The notes beneath the pieces were generated by a model that did not search any database, was not told the origin of the DNA, and saw only the letters and a list, made by a program, of their open reading frames with translations. A program made the position numbers and the translations under genes. A stretch of 64,000 bases of DNA, from positions 416,001 to 480,000 of the forward strand of contig JBLWTJ010000001.1 in the NCBI GenBank assembly GCA_048270185.1, given 5' to 3'. Below are positions 40,656-49,874 of this stretch, one piece after another; within the stretch, counting starts at the first letter, position 1, and the number at the start of each line of letters is the position of its first letter. Source of the DNA: Bacteriovoracaceae bacterium. Lineage in GTDB: Bacteria; Bdellovibrionota; Bacteriovoracia; Bacteriovoracales; Bacteriovoracaceae.

Positions 40656-41066
40656 ATGAGAATTATTCATGAACCAAATACGATGATCATACGTGAAGGC
40701 GAGCAATCAAACGTCATCTACCTCGTTGAAGAAGGTGAACTTCTAGTCTTCGTTGTTGATGGTAGCAAAGTCAGTCCAGTTGCAACAGTTGGAGCTGGTG
40801 AAATGATTGGCGAGATGGCCTTTTTTACGGGAACAGATCGCACGGCCTACGTCATGACAAAGACAAAAACAACGCTTATGGAAATTGATAGTGCAACTAT
40901 TAAAGAGAAACTACCAGACTGGTTATTTCGTATGACGAAGAATGCAGTCGACCGCATTCATCATCTCGACAAAGTAATCGCTAAAAGTGGAATTCGTAGA
41001 AAGAATGTTGATGGGGTTAAGCCCCTTAGCATCGATGAGCAAAGAGAAATTCTCGAATTAATCTAG
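40656..41066 (+). CDS. Stand-alone cyclic nucleotide-binding domain protein
   Basis: IIREGE..IYLVEEG..GEMIGEMAFF..RTA phosphate-binding cassette; no HTH. Confidence 0.9.
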   Translation: MRIIHEPNTMIIREGEQSNVIYLVEEGELLVFVVDGSKVSPVATVGAGEMIGEMAFFTGTDRTAYVMTKTKTTLMEIDSATIKEKLPDWLFRMTKNAVDRIHHLDKVIAKSGIRRKNVDGVKPLSIDEQREILELI

Positions 41067-41164
41067 GTGCCATGCTCCTTTGGTTTCGCATGTGCTAAAT
41101 AGACTAATAAAAATAAGTTATGCTCCTTTGATTTAGCATCTGCGAAACCAAAGGAGCATGGCAC
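41067..41164. repeat. 34-bp inverted repeat (REPIN/MITE-like) between convergent genes
   Basis: GTGCCATGCTCCTTTGGTTTCGCATGTGCTAAAT (41067-41100) vs 41131-41164, 32/34 complementary, 30-bp spacer. Confidence 0.9.
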
Positions 41165-41166
41165 TC

Positions 41167-42150
41167 TTAAACTAGTCCTAGTTCTTTTACTGTGTCTCTT
41201 TCAGCGCGAAGTTCTTCAAGAGTTGCATTGAACTTTTCTTGTCCAAAAGCATTATGCTCTTGTCCTTCAACAACTTTAAGTTCTCCGTTTTCAACACGAC
41301 ATGGGAATGAGAAGATTAGACCTTCATCAACTCCGTATTGACCGTTAGAAGCAAGACACATAGAGAATGTCTCACCAGCTGGAGTATCGTGAGTAAGTGC
41401 GTAAACACCGTTTACACAAGCATTAGCAGCTGAAGCAGCAGAAGAAGCACCACGTGCTTTAATGATGGCAGCTCCACGCTTTTGAACAGTTTCAATGAAT
41501 TCACCTTTTAGGTAATCTTCATCAGTGATAACTTCAGCAGCTGACTTTCCACCAATTTTAGCATTGTAGAAATCTGGATATTGAGTTGCTGAGTGGTTAC
41601 CCCAAATTGTCATATTTGTAACTTCAGTTACATCAACACCAGCTTTTTGAGCAAGTTGAGTCTTAGCTCTCTTCTCATCAAGAGTAGTCATAGCAAAGAA
41701 ACGTGACTTATCAAGACCTGAAGCTTCCATTGCAATGTAGCAGTTAGTGTTACATGGATTACCAACGACAAATAGTTTTGAATCCGGCGCAGAGTGAGCG
41801 GCCATGGCCTTACCTAGTGGACCAAAGATTCCGCCGTTAACTTTAAGTAGATCAGCTCTCTCCATTCCATCTTTTCTTGGAACAGCACCAATTGCTAGAA
41901 TCCAGTTAGCATCTTTAAATGCAACTTCCATTTTATCTGTACAAACAATATTCTTAAGTAATGGGAAAGCACAGTCATCAAGCTCCATCTTAACACCTTC
42001 TAAAGCACCAAGTGCTTGAGGTAGTTCAAGAAGTTGAAGTTCTACTTCTGTATCTTGTCCAAACATTTGTCCTGAAGCAATTCTAAATAAGATTGCATAA
42101 CCGATTTGTCCTGCTGCACCTGTAACAGCAACTTTAACTCTTTTCGTCAT
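41167..42150 (-). CDS. mdh: Malate dehydrogenase (type 2, cytosolic-like)
   Basis: [53 protein letters not shown]. Confidence 0.97.
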   Translation of the reverse strand: MTKRVKVAVTGAAGQIGYAILFRIASGQMFGQDTEVELQLLELPQALGALEGVKMELDDCAFPLLKNIVCTDKMEVAFKDANWILAIGAVPRKDGMERADLLKVNGGIFGPLGKAMAAHSAPDSKLFVVGNPCNTNCYIAMEASGLDKSRFFAMTTLDEKRAKTQLAQKAGVDVTEVTNMTIWGNHSATQYPDFYNAKIGGKSAAEVITDEDYLKGEFIETVQKRGAAIIKARGASSAASAANACVNGVYALTHDTPAGETFSMCLASNGQYGVDEGLIFSFPCRVENGELKVVEGQEHNAFGQEKFNATLEELRAERDTVKELGLV

Positions 42151-42232
42151 ATAAATTCCCCTTTTGAAAAATTCAGCGAGTTGTAAAATTGAAATTGGCC
42201 AATTTTATCATAGGAGTTAGACAAGTTGTAGC

Positions 42233-42260
42233 TTTACTTAGCAATATTAGGGGCTATAAT
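42233..42260 (+). promoter_or_regulatory. Sigma70 promoter
   Basis: TTTACT-N16-TATAAT upstream of 42300. Confidence 0.55.
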
Positions 42261-42299
42261 TAAGTTTAATCTTTATGAAGAATTTTAGAAGGAAAGATA

Positions 42300-42971
42300 A
42301 TGGAGCAAGGCAACAAAAGCGCCTCTAACTCAGGTCAATCTAATAACCCTGGTCAAAAGTCAGCATCAGGTGGCAACAGTGGAAATAAGAGACGATCAAA
42401 TAATCGTCGTCGCAATAACCGCAAGAAACCAAGTGGCCAACAGGCCCAGGGGCAAGACAAGAACAAGCAGGCCAAAGCTGGTCAACCTCAAGGGGAAGGC
42501 CCTAAGAAGCGTCCAAACAACCGTCGCAGAAGGCCAAATAATCGCAACCGTAAACCTCAAGCACAAAACCTTAAGGGCGAGGATTTTGTAATTGTTAAAT
42601 ATCTAAACCTACTTGAACAGCATATTGTCGCTCGTCGTAAGTACTTTGATAATTTTGAACGTGTAGGTGAAAAACAACTCGAAAAACTTGAAAGAAATTA
42701 TATCGAAACTCAAAAGACTTTCTTAGCTTTCAAGGAAAGGCTTAAAGAAGAGGACTTAAAGATTTTTGAAGAAAAATTTGAATCTCTTAAGATGGATGAA
42801 ACATATTCAAATAATCATGAGCTACCTAAAGGTGAAGTTGAGCCAGAAGTAGAAGAAGATCAAATTGAAGATCCACACTATCTACAAACACAAATTCAAT
42901 CAAATTTTTCAGAGGATACTGAAGAGTCGGTTGGAACTCTTGATGACTACAAGGCCTACAAAGGCTTATAG
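42300..42971 (+). CDS. Hypothetical protein with N/R/Q-rich disordered N-terminus and acidic C-terminus
   Basis: Open 223-aa frame with SD and promoter. Confidence 0.8.
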   Translation: MEQGNKSASNSGQSNNPGQKSASGGNSGNKRRSNNRRRNNRKKPSGQQAQGQDKNKQAKAGQPQGEGPKKRPNNRRRRPNNRNRKPQAQNLKGEDFVIVKYLNLLEQHIVARRKYFDNFERVGEKQLEKLERNYIETQKTFLAFKERLKEEDLKIFEEKFESLKMDETYSNNHELPKGEVEPEVEEDQIEDPHYLQTQIQSNFSEDTEESVGTLDDYKAYKGL

Positions 42972-43043
42972 TGAAAAGGACTTTTGTCGGCTACGGCCCC
43001 TGCCTCTCGCCGACATACCGTACATCCTGAACATAAAATAAAT

Positions 43044-43067
43044 AAGGGGAGCTTTTCAGCTCCCCTT
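43044..43067. terminator. Bidirectional Rho-independent terminator
   Basis: AAGGGGAGCT-TTTC-AGCTCCCCTT between convergent genes. Confidence 0.85.
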
Positions 43068-43104
43068 TCTATCAACATTTTTTTCTAAACAACTAAACTA
43101 TTTC

Positions 43105-43425
43105 TTAGTAAACGAAACTTGAAGATGATGCTTCAGTGCTGGCACCTGCACCAACTACACCTGAACCATCTTTAAGGTAATTCTCTAGTGTTTCTTCGTG
43201 ATCTTTAATGATCGCTTCTTTTAGTTCAACTTCGTTGATGTCTAAGATTTCACATACACGACGTAACATTTTTAAAGGAATGTTACATAGAGCACGCTCA
43301 ACATTCGAAATGAATTGTCCATTCTTATAACCAAGAAGGTGTGACAGTTCAGACTGAGAATAACCCTTTGGGTGTGCTGTTCTCTTGTCTTTAATTAACT
43401 TTGCGATGTGGCTAAAACTTCTCAT
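43105..43425 (-). CDS. XRE-family HTH transcriptional regulator
   Basis: YSQSELSHLLGYKNGQFISNVERALCNIP; GGAG SD; TGGACA-N17-TAGAAT promoter at 43477-43505. Confidence 0.9.
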   Translation of the reverse strand: MRSFSHIAKLIKDKRTAHPKGYSQSELSHLLGYKNGQFISNVERALCNIPLKMLRRVCEILDINEVELKEAIIKDHEETLENYLKDGSGVVGAGASTEASSSSFVY

Positions 43426-43598
43426 TATAATCTCCTAAGCATTATATTCAAGCACTTACGATTCGTATCTAAATATATTCTAAAGTATAAATATATTTTT
43501 GTCCACCGATTTAGCCTCACTTTTGTAAAGTATTTGTTATTTACAGGTGATTTTTGTTGATAATAATGATTAAGTTCAACATCAGGTATTTAGCTCGG

Positions 43599-44915
43599 CT
43601 AAACACCTGATATTAGATTACCGTTGTAATATGTTGATTCAATAAGGTCTGTGTATAACTCACGCTCTTTAGAAGGTTTTCTAATAAGAGAGCGAAGTTT
43701 CTCTTCAACACTTAGATTTCCACGCATTTTCTTTGAACCTAAACTAACAAAATGGAGTTTTTTGCCATTTTCAAAGTTCCCACTCTCCTTTTCTAGCCTC
43801 AAAGTCTGGGCACCAGCAAGAGTTGCACGATATAGGCCCTGTGTGTAAGAAGTATCATCGTGGCCACGTTTCTTATTTTGTTGCACAAAAGAGTTAATTA
43901 CATCAAGCATTGAAAGAAATGGCCCACCACCAATATCAGAGGCCAAGGCCCAGTGAACTTTAAAGCGGTTTGCCCTCTTATAATCAAAAAGGCCTGAACC
44001 AAGTCCTAGCTCCTTAATTGGAGCATTGCTCGTTGGACAGTGAGCAATCATTGTTTGCTTTTGAGAAAGTAGCTTAAGCTCTTTCGGGGATAGATATATC
44101 CCATGTCCCATAATTGTTTTAGGAGTTAGAAGCCCAACTTTGTCATAGATCTCAGTATATGTTTTTACTTTTTCAAAACCCTTAATATCTTTATAGATAC
44201 TAAGAACGAAATCAATTTCATTTTGAGTTTCACTTAAGTGTGTTTGAATGAAAGAACGATGTTTTTTTGCACTCTTTGCTCCCTCGCTCATCGTTACAGG
44301 GTCAGTTGTGATAGCAAAGCGAGGTGTTACTGCATACTTATCCTTATGGGCCTTTGCCAGAGCTTCAGTCTGTTTAACTGTTTCATCAATTCCAACAGTT
44401 AAGTACTCAGGTGAATTCATCGTCATTTGAACGTTACCAAGAACGTAATCGCCTTTGAAATTATTTAGAGCTTCTGTAACAGAGTGAGAGTGAATTGAGC
44501 CATAGCAGGCTCCCCCTATAGTTCCATTATTTGCAATTTTATTAGCAAATTCTTGTGCCTTATTGCGAGCAAATTTTAACTTTTCAAAATTAGCTTCATA
44601 AGGCCATGTATAATTCTCTAACCAATGAAGTAAATTTGCCTTTGGCATTTCACAAACTGCATCTTGAACCCAGTGAAAGTGTGTATCATAGAGACCAGGA
44701 ATGACGTACTGCCCTTTTTTATCAATAATCTCGACGTCCTTTTTACGGGCCAAGTATGTATCTAATTCATTTACTGGACATCGATGAATGATCTTATAAT
44801 CACCGGCCTTTGTACGCTTTGCGACAATTGCATAATTTTCTAAAAAATCACATTTTTTATCATTTATAGGATTAAAAAAGTGCGCAATAATAACTTTATA
44901 ATTACTTTGTGACAT
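43599..44915 (-). CDS. guaD: Guanine deaminase (amidohydrolase)
   Basis: PGLYDTHFH, LLHWLENYTWPYE, AVTPRFA, IQTHLSE, AHCPTSN..LGSGLF, ASDIGGG. Confidence 0.9.
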   Translation of the reverse strand: MSQSNYKVIIAHFFNPINDKKCDFLENYAIVAKRTKAGDYKIIHRCPVNELDTYLARKKDVEIIDKKGQYVIPGLYDTHFHWVQDAVCEMPKANLLHWLENYTWPYEANFEKLKFARNKAQEFANKIANNGTIGGACYGSIHSHSVTEALNNFKGDYVLGNVQMTMNSPEYLTVGIDETVKQTEALAKAHKDKYAVTPRFAITTDPVTMSEGAKSAKKHRSFIQTHLSETQNEIDFVLSIYKDIKGFEKVKTYTEIYDKVGLLTPKTIMGHGIYLSPKELKLLSQKQTMIAHCPTSNAPIKELGLGSGLFDYKRANRFKVHWALASDIGGGPFLSMLDVINSFVQQNKKRGHDDTSYTQGLYRATLAGAQTLRLEKESGNFENGKKLHFVSLGSKKMRGNLSVEEKLRSLIRKPSKERELYTDLIESTYYNGNLISGV

Positions 44916-44945
44916 GAACTCTCCAATTTAAACAGGTCAAGATAT

Positions 44946-46262
44946 ATGAATCACTACATCATTTCAACCCTCATTACTTTATTTACAATCTTTGGCATTA
45001 ATACCCATGCAAGTGAAGATACAAAATATAATATAAATAAATTCTTGATCCTCGATATAAGTGAGGCCATTACACCGGCCACTATAAACTATATGAAGAA
45101 AGGGTTTGAGAGCGTTAAAGGACAGAAGCAGACGGCCGTCTTAATTAAAATCAATACTCCAGGTGGACTCGTTAGTGTTACAAAAGATATCATGCATCTG
45201 ATTGCAAATAGTGAAAACCTAGTCATCGGCTGGATTGGGCCAAGCTCAGCATCGGCCACAAGCGCCGGGGCCATTATCTCAAGCAGTATCCCAATTCTTT
45301 ACATGGCCGACGGTACCAGAATCGGTGCCGCCACACCGATTTCAGGCTCAACAGAAATTAAAGACGGAGATATAAAAAATAAAATTATAAATGATCTCGT
45401 GGCCCTTGTTAAATCACAAGCAGAAGGTACAGGTAAGAACCCTAAGACTTATATTGAAATGATTACTGAGGCAAAGAGTTTTACGGCCACTGACGCTCTT
45501 AAAGAGAATGTTCACAATGGTATAATTGATTCAATTCAAGGTGAATCTGGACTAATTAACGAAATTAATGGCAAAAGCTTTTTAAAACACCATAAAGATT
45601 TTAGTGTTGAAGTTCTTCCCAATTATGTAGTCACAACTCATATAAAAACTCTTGGCCAAAAACTTTTGGCCTTTTTCTCATCACCAGATATGGCCTATAT
45701 ACTCTTCTTAATTGGAGCGGCCTTAATCTACCTTGAGTTTCAAGCACCAGGGGGATTTATCGCGGGAAGCATTGGTGCAATCTTCATTCTACTTGCTGGA
45801 ATTTCATTTGGTATACTCTCTTTAAATGTAGGCGCCCTATTACTCATAATTGCGGCCTTCATTTTATTTATTTTAGAAATCTATATCACAAGTTTTGGCC
45901 TACTCTCTATTGCTGGGATAGCTAGTCTTATCTTTGGCTCACTCTTTCTATTTCAAACAGAAGAGTCATACCTACAGATTTCAACTTCAGTACTCATCTC
46001 AAGTATTAGCGCTATCCTTTTCTTTATTGGTATCATTGCCTATATCTTCTATAAATCTCGTAAGAAGATTTTTTCAGACCCATATGATCCATATACAAAT
46101 AAAGAAGTCACAATATCATCAATTGATGGTGATAAGTACTACACAAAGTATAATGGGGAGCTGTGGCAACTAAATTCACAAGAAGATCTGACAAAGTTAA
46201 ACGTTGGAGATAAAGTTACAATTATAAAAAAAGATAATGTAAAATTACTTGTAAAAATTTAA
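44946..46262 (+). CDS. nfeD: NfeD long form (ClpP-class membrane serine protease)
   Basis: INTPGG, SATSAG (Ser), IGAATPI, NKIIND (Lys), TM bundle with LEFQAPG, C-terminal OB domain with GELW. Confidence 0.9.
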   Translation: MNHYIISTLITLFTIFGINTHASEDTKYNINKFLILDISEAITPATINYMKKGFESVKGQKQTAVLIKINTPGGLVSVTKDIMHLIANSENLVIGWIGPSSASATSAGAIISSSIPILYMADGTRIGAATPISGSTEIKDGDIKNKIINDLVALVKSQAEGTGKNPKTYIEMITEAKSFTATDALKENVHNGIIDSIQGESGLINEINGKSFLKHHKDFSVEVLPNYVVTTHIKTLGQKLLAFFSSPDMAYILFLIGAALIYLEFQAPGGFIAGSIGAIFILLAGISFGILSLNVGALLLIIAAFILFILEIYITSFGLLSIAGIASLIFGSLFLFQTEESYLQISTSVLISSISAILFFIGIIAYIFYKSRKKIFSDPYDPYTNKEVTISSIDGDKYYTKYNGELWQLNSQEDLTKLNVGDKVTIIKKDNVKLLVKI

Positions 46263-46273
46263 AGGAATAAGAA

Positions 46274-46405
46274 ATGAGTCAAAGAAAGTCATTTAGACAA
46301 CTAATGAGTATAATATGTACTTTAAGTGCAAATGAGCTGCCTACAAAAGAAGATATTTCGTGGGCGAGAAAGGAAATTTTAAGGTATTTCTTTTTAATAA
46401 GGTAA
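46274..46405 (+). CDS. Unannotated small ORF, 43 aa (MSQRKSFRQLMSIICTLSANELPTKEDISWARKEILRYFFLIR)
   Basis: AAGGA SD overlapping the end of nfeD; ATG 46274 to TAA 46405; below the ORF-track cutoff. Confidence 0.5.
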   Translation: MSQRKSFRQLMSIICTLSANELPTKEDISWARKEILRYFFLIR

Positions 46406-46407
46406 AA

Positions 46408-46483
46408 AACTAAGGGGTCGTTGAGGGACGATTGATTTATTTGACAAGGAAGAGAGAGAGTTTCTTAAATCAGCCCCTTAGTT
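46408..46483. ncRNA. Candidate structured RNA (three-way junction)
   Basis: Outer stem AACTAAGGGG/CCCCTTAGTT, inner stems TCGT/ACGA and TGATTTA/TAAATCA; U-tail on the minus strand. Confidence 0.45.
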
Positions 46484-46559
46484 CTTAGATATATAATAGC
46501 TAACTAAATTTTTATTAAGTCATCAGTTTGTAAAGTTTTTGTCAATTCACGGAGGACAC

Positions 46560-47315
46560 ATGATTACCATTGCCCCATATTTACCATTTATCATACTAGT
46601 ACTAATTTTAATGTTTAATACTGTTAAGATTCTCAAAGAATACGAACGCGGTGTTATTTTCTTCCTTGGTCGCTTCACGGCCGTAAGAGGTCCTGGACTA
46701 ATTCTTCTAATCCCAGGACTTGAAAAGATGCAAAAAGTCGATTTACGTACAGTTACAATGGATATTCCGTCTCAGGACATCATCTCAAAAGACAACGTAA
46801 CTCTTAAGGTAAATGGAGTTGTTTACTTTAGAGTAGAAGATCCAGAAAAATCTATTATTGCAGTTGAGAACTTCTTACTAGCTACGGCCCAAATTGCCCA
46901 GACAACATTACGATCTGTAATTGGCCAATTCGAACTAGATGAAATCCTCTCAATGAGAGATCAAATCAACTCTCGTCTGCAAACTATTCTCGATGAACAC
47001 ACTGAACCATGGGGAATTAAAGTTTCAACAGTTGAAGTAAAAGCTATCGATCTACCAATTGAAATGCAAAGAGCAATGGCCAAGCAAGCAGAAGCTGAGC
47101 GAGACAAAAGAGCAAAAGTTATTTCGGCCCAAGGTGAGTTTGATGCGGCCATTAAGCTAGCAGAAGCGGCAAAGGTCTTAAATGAGAGTCCTAATGCAAT
47201 TACACTTCGATACCTTGATACAATGAAAGAAATCTCAAGTGGAGAGGGAAAATCAACAACTTTCTTCCCTCTTCCTGTGGACTTTTTAAGTAATCTTATA
47301 AAAAATAAGAGTTAA
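46560..47315 (+). CDS. SPFH/slipin (stomatin-like) membrane protein
   Basis: [48 protein letters not shown]. Confidence 0.95.
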   Translation: MITIAPYLPFIILVLILMFNTVKILKEYERGVIFFLGRFTAVRGPGLILLIPGLEKMQKVDLRTVTMDIPSQDIISKDNVTLKVNGVVYFRVEDPEKSIIAVENFLLATAQIAQTTLRSVIGQFELDEILSMRDQINSRLQTILDEHTEPWGIKVSTVEVKAIDLPIEMQRAMAKQAEAERDKRAKVISAQGEFDAAIKLAEAAKVLNESPNAITLRYLDTMKEISSGEGKSTTFFPLPVDFLSNLIKNKS

Positions 47316-47860
47316 TGATTACAAAATTATTTAACCTAATACCTTTTCATGAAAATGACCTTGAGATTAAGCTTACGGCCGAAATCAAGGTCATTGATGA
47401 TCTAATAACATTTGATTTCAATCTTCGTGGAAATATTGGGCCAATCTATCTTCTAAGAAATAATGGTAAATTTAATCGTGTTATCGGACTCTGGAGTCAA
47501 ACTTGCTTTGAATTCTTTATATTTGATAAGGCAACTGGTGAATACTTTGAGTTTAATTTTGGAAGTGATTCAAGTTGGAATTGTTTCTTCTTTAACTCAT
47601 ACCGATCTGAACTGACAGAGTATGAAGAAATATCACTAGAAAATATCAGCATTACTAATGAAGAAAATCTCTTTGGACTTAGTTGCCAATTTCCACTAAA
47701 GGCCCTTGGACATAACTTTGAAGATCTTTCAAACTTAAAAGTATCTCCAACTTGTGTCATTAAAGCTCAAGAGAATAAGACTTATTACTACTCAAATAAG
47801 CACCCAGACACTAAGCCTAATTTTCATCACCCTGAAAGTTTTGTGGATTTAGTTGATTAA
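47315..47860 (+). CDS. DOMON-like domain protein
   Basis: GLWSQTCFEFF..YFEFNF..W..F..YR and terminal KPNFH; translationally coupled (TAATG). Confidence 0.7.
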   Translation: MITKLFNLIPFHENDLEIKLTAEIKVIDDLITFDFNLRGNIGPIYLLRNNGKFNRVIGLWSQTCFEFFIFDKATGEYFEFNFGSDSSWNCFFFNSYRSELTEYEEISLENISITNEENLFGLSCQFPLKALGHNFEDLSNLKVSPTCVIKAQENKTYYYSNKHPDTKPNFHHPESFVDLVD

Positions 47861-49099
47861 TTAATACTCACTAAGATCGTCTTTCTTCTTTTTTATATCT
47901 ACGTTTTTAAGAATATAGTCGATCTTATCATCTTCTGATTTAAATTCTGTATCACCATCAATCTGATAATCAGCGAGGTCTCTTTCCTTCTTCTCATCTT
48001 CTTTCTTACTCTCAAGCTCAATCTTGGCCTTTAGATCTGTTCTTAAGATCTCATCACGACTAGAGAATGTTTGGCCAAACTTCTTCTTCGCGAAATCATA
48101 AAGATTATAAAGCTTAGCAGTCTTATATTGACCTTTCTCAAGATAGTAGATCATTTCTTTATAGAAAGATGAATTTTCTAATTCATGTGACCACGCAGAA
48201 TAAAGAAGAACCATCCCCTTGTATTCAAATCTCTTTTGATAACTTAGTTTTCTAAACTCGTTGTACATCTCAAGTGAACTCTCTTCATCGCGAGATAGAC
48301 TTAACTTCATATTTTTAAGTAATTTATTAACAACGACCTGATGTTCAGGATAGTTTCGATTATAGGTAAAGGCCATACGATATAGACGACCTTTTTCATA
48401 GAATAAATTTTCGACGCCACCTTGAGACTCTCCTTCTTTATCAAAGAAAGAAATAACGTGGAAGGGACCATTTTGCACAATCTTAGTTGCCTTGGAGCTA
48501 AAAAGATTTGACCTGAGTTTGTAGATATAAAGAAAGTAGCCAAGCTTTGAAAGTGGATAATTCTCATAGAGATACTTCACTCCACTATAACTAAAGAGAC
48601 TAACTTTTTTCATTTTTAAATTAAGATTTAAAACATCTAGCCACACTTGCTTATTACTTGCCGGCTTAATGAATTTAGTCACAATTGGCAGGCTAAAAAT
48701 TTTATCCATTGGGATCGAGTTATTAAATCTTGAGACACTCATATCTGTTACATTTAAAACTCTTCGTAGTTGATAATCGACAATATCAAAATAAGGCCTA
48801 ACTTCTCCCTTATAAATTGAAGGAGCAGGAAAGAGTTGGAAAGTAACATCATTAAAAGGCAGATCAAACTCATAATCTTGATAGTGCACACTCTTCCAAA
48901 AAGGAGTGACACTACGGCTTTGTTCATAGGGGGCAAGCCCTTTGATTAAACTAGAACTATTTGAAGTGGCAAGAAAGTAGTCCGATTGAATCCCTTCATC
49001 CTGGAAGGTATAATAGAAACGATAAGGCATCGTAACAACAAGGTAAGCTGCTGATATTACGAGTACAAATAAACTAAATAGGACAATTACCTTCTTCAT
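47861..49099 (-). CDS. Hypothetical membrane-anchored protein
   Basis: N-terminal TM; perfect GCCGATAA sigma28 -10 box at 49108-49115. Confidence 0.75.
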   Translation of the reverse strand: MKKVIVLFSLFVLVISAAYLVVTMPYRFYYTFQDEGIQSDYFLATSNSSSLIKGLAPYEQSRSVTPFWKSVHYQDYEFDLPFNDVTFQLFPAPSIYKGEVRPYFDIVDYQLRRVLNVTDMSVSRFNNSIPMDKIFSLPIVTKFIKPASNKQVWLDVLNLNLKMKKVSLFSYSGVKYLYENYPLSKLGYFLYIYKLRSNLFSSKATKIVQNGPFHVISFFDKEGESQGGVENLFYEKGRLYRMAFTYNRNYPEHQVVVNKLLKNMKLSLSRDEESSLEMYNEFRKLSYQKRFEYKGMVLLYSAWSHELENSSFYKEMIYYLEKGQYKTAKLYNLYDFAKKKFGQTFSSRDEILRTDLKAKIELESKKEDEKKERDLADYQIDGDTEFKSEDDKIDYILKNVDIKKKKDDLSEY

Positions 49100-49107
49100 T
49101 ATAGGCT

Positions 49108-49170
49108 TTATCGGCAAAGATCAGGGTAAACTACATGAAAAAATTAATATTTTTTCAAAATTACCGATAA
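49108..49170. promoter_or_regulatory. Divergent sigma28-like promoters
   Basis: Minus: GTAG-N15-GCCGATAA (49108-49134); plus: TTAA-N15-ACCGATAA (49144-49170). Confidence 0.55.
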
Positions 49171-49196
49171 GCATAGTGATAAATTCGGAGATTTAA

Positions 49197-49862
49197 ATGA
49201 AGAAACTAATTTTTATCACAACAATTCTATCTCTTGCCTCATGTGTTGCGCCAAGAGAGACACGTTCAATCTATGATACAAATACGAATTCAAGTAATTC
49301 GACGAACACAGGTGGCTCATCGAATTCAGGTTCGCAAATTGATATCGATGACTCTAACTCCAGCAGCAACTCAGGAGCTAATATTCCTAGTGAAATTGCT
49401 CATTGCAGCTGGTCTTATGACGGAATAACTGGCTTTGCCAACACGTCAAATGCACACTTGGGACCAAATACAGTTTGTCAGTCACGATCAAATCCGTCCA
49501 AAGTATTTATTCAAATTAAAAACGTCGATAGCGACTCTCGTATCTGTGTTATTCCTACTTCAGAGGTTTCTGGTAACTCAATTTTTCTTGGATCTGCTCA
49601 GTGTAAGTATATCAATAGTTCAGGAATTATCTCACAATTCAACTTAACGAAGGACCGAGATGGTGGACTTTACAAGAACTTCACGATTAATGGAGCGATG
49701 GTAATGAAGGAGAAAACATATGATTTTCCTTCTCCATTTTCACGAGAGCTTATCTCATACGATGCTTACTTCTGGTGCTCATTAAATATTGATCTCTACA
49801 ATGATCGTACTTACTGTGATGCATTCAAAAGCGTTGGGCAATACTTCTACAAATCATTCTAA
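49197..49862 (+). CDS. Lipoprotein with S/N-rich linker and Cys-rich domain
   Basis: Lipobox LASC; SNT-rich linker; six Cys in the domain after the linker. Confidence 0.85.
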   Translation: MKKLIFITTILSLASCVAPRETRSIYDTNTNSSNSTNTGGSSNSGSQIDIDDSNSSSNSGANIPSEIAHCSWSYDGITGFANTSNAHLGPNTVCQSRSNPSKVFIQIKNVDSDSRICVIPTSEVSGNSIFLGSAQCKYINSSGIISQFNLTKDRDGGLYKNFTINGAMVMKEKTYDFPSPFSRELISYDAYFWCSLNIDLYNDRTYCDAFKSVGQYFYKSF

Positions 49863-49874
49863 AAAAATAATGAC

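Noticed and set aside
43105..43425. XRE regulator as a prophage or toxin-antitoxin marker
   Set aside because: No integrase, phage genes or toxin partner nearby; has its own promoter and terminator
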